Assembly (NCBI GenBank): GCA_044378705.1
Contig: JBIPOY010000001.1
Location: 1 to 26,803, forward strand
Source: Saprospiraceae bacterium
GTDB lineage: Bacteria > Bacteroidota > Bacteroidia > Chitinophagales > Saprospiraceae
Length of the DNA stretch: 26,803 nt
Direction of reading: 5' to 3'
The notes under the pieces were generated by a model, which did no database searches, had not been told where the DNA came from, and worked only from the letters and a program-made list of their open reading frames with translations. Position 1 is the first letter of the stretch; each line of letters starts with the position of its first letter. Of the stretch, positions 14,847-23,820 are shown piece by piece. The position numbers and the translations under genes were made by a program.

Positions 14847-17366
14847 ATGAAAAAACATATATTCTTCATACTCGCACTCATCCCTATGGCAATAAGCGCC
14901 CAATCCGGTAATACCTCTATCAGACAAACCCTGCAAACAACTGCCTGGGAGTTCCGTCAGGCCAATACTCCCGATTGGAAACCAACCAAAATACCGGCAA
15001 GTATTCATACCGCCCTGCTGCAAAACGGCCTGATAGACGACCCATTTTACCGGGACAATGAGGAAAATTTGCAGTGGATTGAAAAGGAAGATTGGGAGTT
15101 TCAAACAATATTCAACGTTGACTCCGTATTACTCTCAAAAAAACACATCGAACTTGTTTTCAAAGGCATCGATACCTATGCCCAAATTTACCTGAATGAT
15201 AGTTTGATACTCCAAACAGACAATATGTTCCGAAGCTGGAACGTAGATGTTAAAAAACTACTCCGCACCACCGGAAATAAACTTCACTTCTATTTTGAAA
15301 GCCCCCTCAACAAAACAGATGCCGCTTGGAAAGCCTTGGGGTACGAACTGCCGGGAGGCCAACGTACCATGACCCGAAAAGCACAGTTCCATTATGGCTG
15401 GGATTGGGGACCAAAATTTGTCGGATGTGGCATTTTAAAAAAACCGGAATTCCTAGCTTGGGATGATTTACTCATTGAAAATGTATTTGTTACCACCCAC
15501 AGTATTACTCCCGAACTAGCGAAAATGGTTGCGAGATTTCGATACCGCGCTGACTTCACGGGCCCGGTATCCATCTTTACAAGAGATGGAAAAAAGAAAT
15601 CCGTGGAAGATCGGAAATTATGGGAGGGCGTACACGAAGACTCTGTGACGTTTGAAGTCGAAAATCCAAAACTCTGGTGGTGCGCCGGAATGGGGGAGCC
15701 ACATCTCTACGATTTTTCTATCGAAATAAAAAAAGGGTACGTGTTGGCAGACAAAGCAGCCGTACGTATGGGCATACGAACAATAGAATTGGTGACACAA
15801 AAAGACGAAAAAGGATCTTCATTCTATTTCAAACTAAACGGTAAACCCGTTTTTGCAAAGGGCGCAAACTATATTCCACAAGACATTTTCCAAGACCGCG
15901 TCAAGCCTTCCCAATACAAAAAACTGCTCGATGATGTCGTCGCCTCCAACATGAACATGCTCCGCGTTTGGGGGGGCGGGATTTATGAAGATGACACCTT
16001 CTATCAACTTTGCGATACTCGTGGTATTTTAGTATGGCAAGATTTTATGTATGCCTGTGCCCTTTATCCTGGAAACGGCGCCTTCTTAACAACAGCCGCA
16101 AAAGAAGCACTCGAACAAATTGAACGACTGCGCCAACACCCTTCAATAGCACTGTGGTGCGGAAACAACGAAAACAACGAAGCCTGGAACAATTGGGGAT
16201 GGCAAATGCAATTCAATGAAGCCCAGCGAACACAACTCTGGCGCGATTACCAAGTGCTGTTCAACGACCTCTTGAGAACCTATGTAGAACGTAATGCCGG
16301 GAATGTACCCTACTGGGAAAGCTCTCCGAAGTTTGGCCGGGGAAATCCAAAATCACTGACAGAAGGCGATGCCCACTACTGGGGTGTTTGGCACGATGAA
16401 GAACCATTCGATGTGTTCAACAAAAAAGTACCCCGCTTTATGAGCGAATACGGATTTCAAAGTTTTCCGGAATGGCGCACCATACAGTCGTTCACACTGC
16501 CGGAGGACCAAAAATTAGACAGCAAAGTTATGCTGCTCCATCAAAAACACCCCCGCGGCAACGCACTGATTGCCGAGTACATGAAGCGTGATTTTAAAAA
16601 CCCAAAGTCTTTTGAAGACTTTGTATATGTAAGCCAACTCCTTCAAGCAGAAGGTATTCGTACAGGAATTGAAGCCCACCGCCGCAACAAACCATATTGT
16701 ATGGGTACACTTTACTGGCAACTCAATGATGTATGGCAAGCAGCTTCTTGGTCAAGTATTGACTGTTTTGGGCGATGGAAAGCATTGCAATATTATGCCA
16801 AAGAAGCATACAGTCCGCTGGCTGCGCTCCCTCTTGTTGAAGATGATATTCTGAAAATATACGGTATCAATGATTTGTCAGAAGAAAAAACAGTCGTACT
16901 ACAAGTCAGGGCATTAACCTTTGAAGGGAAGGTGTTGAGTGACGTCACACAATTAAACACACGCATAAAAACAGACTCCAGCTCCTTGATCTGGCAAGGA
17001 ACCACAAAAGGAATCCTAAATAAATACAAACCAGAGGGTTCCGTCGTAGAAATTCTATTAAAAGGAACCGACGGAAATATCCTGTACCGAAGACTGTACT
17101 ACTTCGTGTCACCGAAAAAATTATCTCTGTCCGATGCTTCCATCCGTATAAAAACAGAACAAATCACAGAAGGATACCAATTGACTGTTTCCTGTGAACG
17201 ACTCGCAAAAAACGTCCTTTTGGGCACATCCGTTGATGGCTTTTTCAGTGAAAACTATTTCGACCTGTTGCCTGGCGAACAAAAAACGGTTGTATTCAAA
17301 ACAGAAACAATCTTGGATGATCCCAACCAATCTTTTAAAGCCAAAAGCTTGGTCGATACTTGGTAA
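14847..17366 (+). CDS. Glycoside hydrolase family 2, beta-mannosidase-like
   Basis: RKAQFHYGWDWGP, KGANYIP, NMLRVWGGGIYE, LWCGNNE (acid/base), RFMSEYGFQS (nucleophile) and YWQLNDVW motifs; ATG 14847 gives signal peptide MKKHIFFILAL. Confidence 0.93.
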   Translation: MKKHIFFILALIPMAISAQSGNTSIRQTLQTTAWEFRQANTPDWKPTKIPASIHTALLQNGLIDDPFYRDNEENLQWIEKEDWEFQTIFNVDSVLLSKKHIELVFKGIDTYAQIYLNDSLILQTDNMFRSWNVDVKKLLRTTGNKLHFYFESPLNKTDAAWKALGYELPGGQRTMTRKAQFHYGWDWGPKFVGCGILKKPEFLAWDDLLIENVFVTTHSITPELAKMVARFRYRADFTGPVSIFTRDGKKKSVEDRKLWEGVHEDSVTFEVENPKLWWCAGMGEPHLYDFSIEIKKGYVLADKAAVRMGIRTIELVTQKDEKGSSFYFKLNGKPVFAKGANYIPQDIFQDRVKPSQYKKLLDDVVASNMNMLRVWGGGIYEDDTFYQLCDTRGILVWQDFMYACALYPGNGAFLTTAAKEALEQIERLRQHPSIALWCGNNENNEAWNNWGWQMQFNEAQRTQLWRDYQVLFNDLLRTYVERNAGNVPYWESSPKFGRGNPKSLTEGDAHYWGVWHDEEPFDVFNKKVPRFMSEYGFQSFPEWRTIQSFTLPEDQKLDSKVMLLHQKHPRGNALIAEYMKRDFKNPKSFEDFVYVSQLLQAEGIRTGIEAHRRNKPYCMGTLYWQLNDVWQAASWSSIDCFGRWKALQYYAKEAYSPLAALPLVEDDILKIYGINDLSEEKTVVLQVRALTFEGKVLSDVTQLNTRIKTDSSSLIWQGTTKGILNKYKPEGSVVEILLKGTDGNILYRRLYYFVSPKKLSLSDASIRIKTEQITEGYQLTVSCERLAKNVLLGTSVDGFFSENYFDLLPGEQKTVVFKTETILDDPNQSFKAKSLVDTW

Positions 17367-17421
17367 GAAACCAAATCCTGTTCAGTCTCAACTATTACAG
17401 AGCGGAAACAACCTGTAAATA

Positions 17422-17466
17422 AAAAGAGGGGTGATGTAGGAGCGCTTCCTACATCACCCCTCTTTT
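17422..17466. terminator. Bidirectional terminator between convergent GH2 and RND genes
   Basis: 20-bp perfect arms aaaagaggggtgatgtagga / tcctacatcacccctctttt with a 5-nt loop; T tracts on both strands. Confidence 0.85.
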
Positions 17467-17489
17467 ATGGGCAGACCACTTTATAGCGT

Positions 17490-20400
17490 TTATTCTTGGC
17501 TGGACCAAGGTGCATTTCCCCGTTTTTTACCACTTAAAAAAGTGTACATCGCCGGAATAACAAATAAGGTTAGAAGCAACGAAAACAACAACCCTCCCAC
17601 CACGACGACACCCAAGCCGATACGACTCGTACTGGCAGCACCCAACGAGAGTGCAATAGGTAGCGCACCCAACACCGTTGCCAAAGTAGTCATCAAAATT
17701 GGGCGAAGTCTCGCTTGAGAGGCCTCACGGACCGCCAACGCTTTATGCATACCCGCGTCACGTTTTTGATTGGCAAATTCAACAATCAAAATTCCATTTT
17801 TTGTTACCAAACCAATGAGCATAATCATACCAATCTGAGAGAAAATATTCATAGTATTTCCCGTAACCCAAAGGCTAAAAAACGCCCCGGCAATGGCCAA
17901 CGGCACCGTCAGCATGATGATAAATGGATCCCGGAAACTTTCAAACTGCGCTGCAAGAATGAGGTAAATCAGGCCCAGCGCCAACAGAAATGCAAAAGAT
18001 GTATTGCCACTGGATTCGCGAAAATCACGAGAAGGTCCACTTAAATCCGTATCAAAAGAATCGTCCAACAAACCCACTGATATTTTCTCCATCGCCTCGA
18101 TGCCCTCGCCAAGGGTATAGCCCGGGGCCATCGCTGCGCTGATGGTAGCAGATTTGTAGCGGTTGTAGTGGAAAAGTTGTGGTGGATTGCTTGTTTCCGT
18201 GAAACTAACAATATTGTCAAGTTGTACCATTTCCCCTCGGTTGTTGCGAACATACAGCGCCGCCAAATCCAGCGGCTCGTCGCGGTTCGCGCGATCTATC
18301 TGGCCTATCACTTGATATTGCCGGCCATTTTGAAGGAAATAGCCGAAGCGACGGCCTGAAAGGGCCAGTTGGAGTGACTGGCTTACATCCAAGACATTTA
18401 CCCCCAATTCAGCCGCTTTCAATCGGTCAATGGTCACCTGCAATTCCGGTTTATTAAACTTCAGATTGACATCCACATTCGAAAAAATGGGGTTTTTCCG
18501 TGCTTCTTCTAAAAATTTGGGGATAACATCTCTGATTTTATTGAAATCCAAGTTTTGTAGAATAAACTGTACCGGTAACCCCTGGCCAAAACCAATCGTA
18601 ATGGTCTGTTCCTGATTGGGAAACATCCTGGCCGTTGGCATTTTGCGGGTCATGCCCAGCAGTTGGTTGTATATCTGCATTTGGCTTCGCTCTCGCTCTT
18701 CCGGATCGTTGAGAAGCAAGCTAACAAAACCAGAGTTCGTACTAGCATTTCCAAAGCCCGGGGATGTGATCCCAAAGACCATTTTACGCTCTGGTACGGA
18801 ATCCATGAGGACTTGAGAAAGATCGTAAATGATTCGTTCCATTCGATCATAATCGGTTCCCTCTGGGGCTGTTACACTCGTACGAATGATGCTCCGATCT
18901 TCCAAGGGAGCCAACTCACTTTTAATTTCTCCTTGAAAAAACCAGATCATACCAAAACATACAACCAACATCACCAAGCTAAGCCAACGCCATTGCATAA
19001 ACGAACGCAAGGCATTCCCGTAAACGCGATCTAGGCCCACAAAAAATGGCTCCGTATAATGATAAAACCGTCCGTTATTTTTAATATTGCCACCCAACTT
19101 GACGTTCAACACCGGTGTTAGGGTTAGGGAAACAAACGCTGAAATCAACACGGCGCCTGCCACCACAATCCCAAATTCCCGAAACAGCCGCCCCGTAAAA
19201 CCCTGTAGGAAAACAACCGGAATAAACACGACCGCTAGGGTAATAGAAGTACTGATAACGGCAAAGAAAATCTCCTTGGTACCTTCTCGAGCCGCCGTCC
19301 ACTTATCCATTCCGGACTCAATTTTCTTGAATATGTTTTCGGTAACAACAATACCATCATCTACCACAAGGCCCGTTGCCAATACGATGGCGAGCAAGGT
19401 TAGTACATTGATACTAAAACCAAAAATATACATAATAAAAAAAGCACCTATCAGTGAAACCGGAATATCAATCAAAGGCCTCAAGGCGATGATCCAGTTG
19501 CGAAAAAAGAGGTAAATGATCAAAATTACCAAACCCACCGATATTAAAAGGGTATCTGTTACCTCACTGATGGCCCGACGAACAAACCGCGTTTTATCTA
19601 TGCCAACACTCATTACAATATCCGGGGGGAGGTCTTTCTGAATCTGTTCAAAACGCCGATAAAATTCATCCGTAATCTGCACCCAATTCGAACCCGGTTG
19701 CGGAATAACAGCCATAGAAACCCCTTGCACCAAATTGCGACGGGCACCGGTTTCTTCATTGTCGGGACCCAACATCGCCTCGCCAATATCTTTGAACCTG
19801 ATCGTACTGCTACCTGATTGCCGAACAATCATATTGTTGAACTCTTCCTCTGTCTGGAGCCGTCCAAATGTTTTTACGGTTAGCTCCGTAACATCTCCCC
19901 GGACTTTTCCGCCGGGCAATTCTACGTTTTCACGCGTCAGGGCGAGTTGTACATCTTGCGGGGTTAAACCGTGCGCCGTCATTTTTTGGGGGTCCATCCA
20001 CAAACGCATGGCTGGGAGCTTCGATCCAAAGACATTCACAGCCGATACACCGGGAATCGTTTGAATTTTTTCCCGGATGACATTTTCTGCGTAATCCGAA
20101 AGCTCAATAATACTGCGGGAGCTGCTCTGAATGGGAATAAAAAGAATAGGGTCACCACTGGCATCGGCTTTGGTAACCACAGGCGGCGCATCAATGTCTT
20201 GAGGTAAATTGCGCAACGATTGACTCACTTTGTCGCGAACATCGTTGGCCGCTTGTTCGAGTTCTACACTCAAATCAAACTCCACCGTGATGTTACTATT
20301 CCCCAATGATGACGAACTTGATATACTTCGGATACCCGCAATACCATTGATGGCGCGTTCAAGCGGTTCTGTGATCTGACTCTCAATGACTTCTGCGTTG

Positions 20401-20561
20401 GCACCCGTATAATTGGTTCGAACCGTTATATTGGGTGGGTCAATGGCCGGATATTCCCGGACACCTAAATAAAAATAACCAATGCCCCCAAAAACGACAA
20501 TGAGGATGCTAAAAACAGTGGCCATCACAGGACGGCGGAGCGAAAGTTCAGGTAGATTCAT
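17490..20561 (-). CDS. RND efflux transporter permease subunit (AcrB/MdtC-like)
   Basis: 1023 aa; proton-relay motifs LVVDDGIVV, GLVTKNGILIVEFA and RLRPILMT; typical N-terminus LSLRRPVMAT. Confidence 0.95.
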   Translation of the reverse strand: MNLPELSLRRPVMATVFSILIVVFGGIGYFYLGVREYPAIDPPNITVRTNYTGANAEVIESQITEPLERAINGIAGIRSISSSSSLGNSNITVEFDLSVELEQAANDVRDKVSQSLRNLPQDIDAPPVVTKADASGDPILFIPIQSSSRSIIELSDYAENVIREKIQTIPGVSAVNVFGSKLPAMRLWMDPQKMTAHGLTPQDVQLALTRENVELPGGKVRGDVTELTVKTFGRLQTEEEFNNMIVRQSGSSTIRFKDIGEAMLGPDNEETGARRNLVQGVSMAVIPQPGSNWVQITDEFYRRFEQIQKDLPPDIVMSVGIDKTRFVRRAISEVTDTLLISVGLVILIIYLFFRNWIIALRPLIDIPVSLIGAFFIMYIFGFSINVLTLLAIVLATGLVVDDGIVVTENIFKKIESGMDKWTAAREGTKEIFFAVISTSITLAVVFIPVVFLQGFTGRLFREFGIVVAGAVLISAFVSLTLTPVLNVKLGGNIKNNGRFYHYTEPFFVGLDRVYGNALRSFMQWRWLSLVMLVVCFGMIWFFQGEIKSELAPLEDRSIIRTSVTAPEGTDYDRMERIIYDLSQVLMDSVPERKMVFGITSPGFGNASTNSGFVSLLLNDPEERERSQMQIYNQLLGMTRKMPTARMFPNQEQTITIGFGQGLPVQFILQNLDFNKIRDVIPKFLEEARKNPIFSNVDVNLKFNKPELQVTIDRLKAAELGVNVLDVSQSLQLALSGRRFGYFLQNGRQYQVIGQIDRANRDEPLDLAALYVRNNRGEMVQLDNIVSFTETSNPPQLFHYNRYKSATISAAMAPGYTLGEGIEAMEKISVGLLDDSFDTDLSGPSRDFRESSGNTSFAFLLALGLIYLILAAQFESFRDPFIIMLTVPLAIAGAFFSLWVTGNTMNIFSQIGMIMLIGLVTKNGILIVEFANQKRDAGMHKALAVREASQARLRPILMTTLATVLGALPIALSLGAASTSRIGLGVVVVGGLLFSLLLTLFVIPAMYTFLSGKKRGNAPWSSQE

Positions 20562-20616
20562 GAGAAGATAAGGCCTTTGGCCATTGCGCGAAGTTCCATA
20601 TTTTTTTCTGCTTTTT

Positions 20617-20696
20617 GTAACTACTTAGGTAATCGCGTTTGAAACAAAAAATGAGTTTTTGGGGGCCAGACAGCCTGCCACCAAAGCATTTGCTAC
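20617..20696 (+). repeat. Dispersed ~77-bp hairpin repeat, copy 6
   Basis: gtaactacttaggtaatcgcgtttgaaacaaaaaatgagtttttgggggccagacagcctgccaccaaagcatttgctac. Confidence 0.85.
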
Positions 20697-20756
20697 TTTT
20701 CGGCAGATCATGAAGACAACAATATAATTTTGATAATCAATTTATTATAATTGCTG

Positions 20757-20782
20757 TAAAATCATCAAATAAAATCATCAAA
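20757..20782 (+). repeat. Perfect 13-bp tandem direct repeat (TAAAATCATCAAA x2) in a divergent promoter region
   Basis: Read directly at 20757-20769 and 20770-20782. Confidence 0.85.
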
Positions 20783-20848
20783 ATTACTTTATTCCCACGT
20801 ATAATAAAATAGACTATTTTCGTCGTCTAAAATTAGAAATAGACACCC

Positions 20849-21688
20849 ATGGAAACAGTGGTTCAATATTTTGTTAGTATTTCTTCTGCCCACCGCAGTG
20901 CGTTTTTATTGGGTGGGCTCACGTTCTTCTTGCTCTTAGAATATGGAATACCCTATTACCATTGGAAATACAACAAAATACAACACATCGGGGTAAATAT
21001 TTTTTTCACAGGCACAACCATCGTCATAAATTTTCTGATGGCCTTTATCCTACTAAAATCCAGCGACTGGGCTATGACCAACGGGTTTGGTATATTACAA
21101 TGGCTTCCGGAGATGCCATTGACACTATTTGTGCTGACGGGATTATTGGTACTCGATTTCGTCGGAGCCTACCTCGTACACTGGGTACAGCACAATGTTA
21201 AATGGATGTGGCGATTTCACCTCATTCACCACACCGATCCAAATGTTGATACCACGACTGCAAACAGGCATCACCCCATTGAAAGTGTTTTCCGTTTTAC
21301 TTTTACCGCTTTTGGGGCAATTATTTCCGGGTCGCCCGTGTACCTGATCATGTTGTATCAAACACTCTCTGCCTTGCTATCCCAGTTCAACCATGCCAAC
21401 ATTCAATTGCCGGGATGGTTTGAACGTACGGTCGGCCTTATTTTGGTGACACCAGGAATGCACCGCGTACACCACCATTACATGCTTCCATACACAGACC
21501 GAAATTACGGAAATATTTTTTCGTTGTGGGATAGATTATTCGGCACTTTTTCAAAAATGGATCCTGACAAAATAATATTTGGCATTGACACGCACCAACA
21601 GGTGTTAGAACAATCAAACATCGGTACCATGCTTAAAATTCCCTTTCAACCATCCAGACATCCGAAAGGCGCAAAGTTTGAATCTTGA
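20849..21688 (+). CDS. Sterol desaturase / fatty acid hydroxylase family membrane di-iron enzyme
   Basis: His boxes HWVQH, HLIHH, RHHP and HRVHH; NYGNIFSLWDRLFGTF motif; hydrophobic segments. Confidence 0.92.
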   Translation: METVVQYFVSISSAHRSAFLLGGLTFFLLLEYGIPYYHWKYNKIQHIGVNIFFTGTTIVINFLMAFILLKSSDWAMTNGFGILQWLPEMPLTLFVLTGLLVLDFVGAYLVHWVQHNVKWMWRFHLIHHTDPNVDTTTANRHHPIESVFRFTFTAFGAIISGSPVYLIMLYQTLSALLSQFNHANIQLPGWFERTVGLILVTPGMHRVHHHYMLPYTDRNYGNIFSLWDRLFGTFSKMDPDKIIFGIDTHQQVLEQSNIGTMLKIPFQPSRHPKGAKFES

Positions 21689-21740
21689 TTGCGTGGGAAC
21701 ATCTTGCATAAAAAACAAAATACTCCGACGCCCACGGGCG

Positions 21741-23633
21741 TCAATAGGCCCTTTCGTCTTTCTTTTCCACAAAGTTCATAAAGGCTCTGTTGGCAACCCG
21801 ATTACCGCCGGGAGTAGGATATCTACCGGAAAAATACCAATCGCCCGTGTTTCCCGGACACGCTTGGTGTAGGCCTTCCAGTGTTTGGAACATCACATAA
21901 AGTTGTGGTTTCAAATCTTTTGGTTTCACGATTTCTGCAATTTTATCACTGATTTGCGTGTACTCAAAGTGCTCATACAGTTCAATAACCTCATTTTGTA
22001 CCGCCTCCACAGGCAGCATTTCGGAATGTTTACACCGGAGGTATGTTTCCTCCAGCAATTTTTCCATTCCATTTTCCTCTAATAATTTGACCAAGGCCTG
22101 AAATGCAACGAAGTCTTTCATTTTACTCATGTCAATACCATAACAATCGGGGAATCGGATTTGTGGGGCACTGCTCAAAATAACAATACGTTTGGGACGA
22201 AGACGCGCGGTGATACTCACGATACTGTTGCGCAAAGTTGTTCCCCGGACAATGGAGTCGTCGAGTAGCACAAGCGTATCTTTATCGTCATTACAGATTC
22301 CATAGGTGACGTCGTACACATGGTTCACCATATTGTTGCGCGATTTTTTATCCGCGATAAAGGTCCGCTGTTTGTCGTCTTTGTGCACCAGTTTTTCATT
22401 TCTGGTGTGTTGGGCGAGAATTTCAGCCACTTTTTCAGCGGATATTTTCTTCTCTAGGCCCATGATCTGATTCAATTTCCACTGATCCAATTCTTTATCG
22501 AGGCCCTCCATCAAGCCATAAAAGGCAGCTTCGGCTGTATTTGGAATGAATGAAAAGACGGTATTTTTAAAATCAAAATTGACCAATTCTAGTACTGGTC
22601 TGGCGAGTTGAGCACCCAGTGTTTTGCGTTCCTGGTATATTTCGCGGTCATTACCACGACTAAAATAAATCCGTTCAAAGGAACAAGCTTTCTTTTCCCG
22701 CGGTTCACAGAAAGGGAGTTCATCTATCTTTCCATTCAATTTCACAATAAGAGCGTGGCCAGGTTTGAGTTCACGGACATTTTTAAACCGAACGTTGAAA
22801 ACCGACTGAATGGCTGGCCGTTCGGAAGCTCCCACAACCACCTCATCGTCCATATACCAATAAGCCGGACGAATACCATTCGGATCACGCATCAGAAAGG
22901 CATCACCGTGACCGAGTAACCCGCCCAGCACATAACCACCATCAAATTTTTTACTTGCCCGACGCAGTAATCGTTGAATATCAAGGTTTTCGAAAATCAA
23001 TTGGTTGACCTCTTGGTTGCGGTAGCCATCGGGTTTGTACCACGTGTGCAAACGTTGTACTTCGTCGTCGAGAAAATGACCAATCTTCTCAAGCACTGTT
23101 ACCGTATCACTTTTTTCCTTTGGATATTGGCCCAAATCGACCAGTTCCTGGAACAGTTCGTCAACATTGGTCATGTTGAAATTACCGGCCAGCAATAGGT
23201 TTCTGGAAATCCAATTGTTCTGTCTGTGAAAAGGGTGCACCAATTCAATACTGTTGTCGCCGTGGGTACCATAGCGCAAATGCCCCATCAGTACCTCACC
23301 CATATAAGGCATATTGGCCTTCAACCAAGCGGGGTCGTTCTGTTGTTCCTTGGTGGTCGCGTTGAGTCGTGCCCATACCATCTCAAAAAGGTCGGTCAGA
23401 TAATTGGGCGCATTGCTGCGTTTTCGGCTGATATAACGGGCTCCCGGCTGTGGGTTCAGTTTTATCGTGGCTATACCTGCACCATCTTGGCCACGGTTGC
23501 GCATCTTCTGCAAAAGCAATTGCATTTTTTGCACCCCGTAAAAAGCTGTACCGTATTTCTTGTGGTAGTAATCAAGTGGCTTAAGGAGTCTGATAACAGC
23601 TATACCACATTCATGATGTATTGAATCGCTCAT
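21741..23633 (-). CDS. purF: Amidophosphoribosyltransferase, long Bacteroidota type (class II glutamine amidotransferase plus PRTase)
   Basis: MSDSIHHE-C-G N-terminal nucleophile Cys after a short propeptide; RNRGQDGAG, GHLRYGT, CSFERIYF, PRPP loop VLLDDSIVRGTT and PDCYGIDM; divergent from purC. Confidence 0.85.
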   Translation of the reverse strand: MSDSIHHECGIAVIRLLKPLDYYHKKYGTAFYGVQKMQLLLQKMRNRGQDGAGIATIKLNPQPGARYISRKRSNAPNYLTDLFEMVWARLNATTKEQQNDPAWLKANMPYMGEVLMGHLRYGTHGDNSIELVHPFHRQNNWISRNLLLAGNFNMTNVDELFQELVDLGQYPKEKSDTVTVLEKIGHFLDDEVQRLHTWYKPDGYRNQEVNQLIFENLDIQRLLRRASKKFDGGYVLGGLLGHGDAFLMRDPNGIRPAYWYMDDEVVVGASERPAIQSVFNVRFKNVRELKPGHALIVKLNGKIDELPFCEPREKKACSFERIYFSRGNDREIYQERKTLGAQLARPVLELVNFDFKNTVFSFIPNTAEAAFYGLMEGLDKELDQWKLNQIMGLEKKISAEKVAEILAQHTRNEKLVHKDDKQRTFIADKKSRNNMVNHVYDVTYGICNDDKDTLVLLDDSIVRGTTLRNSIVSITARLRPKRIVILSSAPQIRFPDCYGIDMSKMKDFVAFQALVKLLEENGMEKLLEETYLRCKHSEMLPVEAVQNEVIELYEHFEYTQISDKIAEIVKPKDLKPQLYVMFQTLEGLHQACPGNTGDWYFSGRYPTPGGNRVANRAFMNFVEKKDERAY

Positions 23634-23796
23634 TGTATGTTTTTGAAAACGCTGGTAAAGGTACGCTCCATATTGGATTGGAGGTCACCAACGATCAAAC
23701 AGGATAACAGAAAAAGGGTGATTCTGTTTTAATACACGATAAATCCTAAAAATAATGGATTACTTCAAAAAAAAGTGGCGCTGATTTATTTTGATG

Positions 23797-23812
23797 GGTC
23801 TGAAATCAGACC
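23797..23812. promoter_or_regulatory. Operator-like inverted repeat overlapping the putative purC promoter
   Basis: GGTCTGA-aa-TCAGACC, overlapping GACCTTTG (23809-23816, one mismatch to TAnnTTTG). Confidence 0.45.
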
Positions 23813-23820
23813 TTTGCAAC

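Noticed and set aside
23634-23820. Purine, ZTP or ppGpp riboswitch in the purF/purC intergenic region
   Set aside because: Leaders appear too short and no conserved aptamer sequence or suitable hairpins were seen
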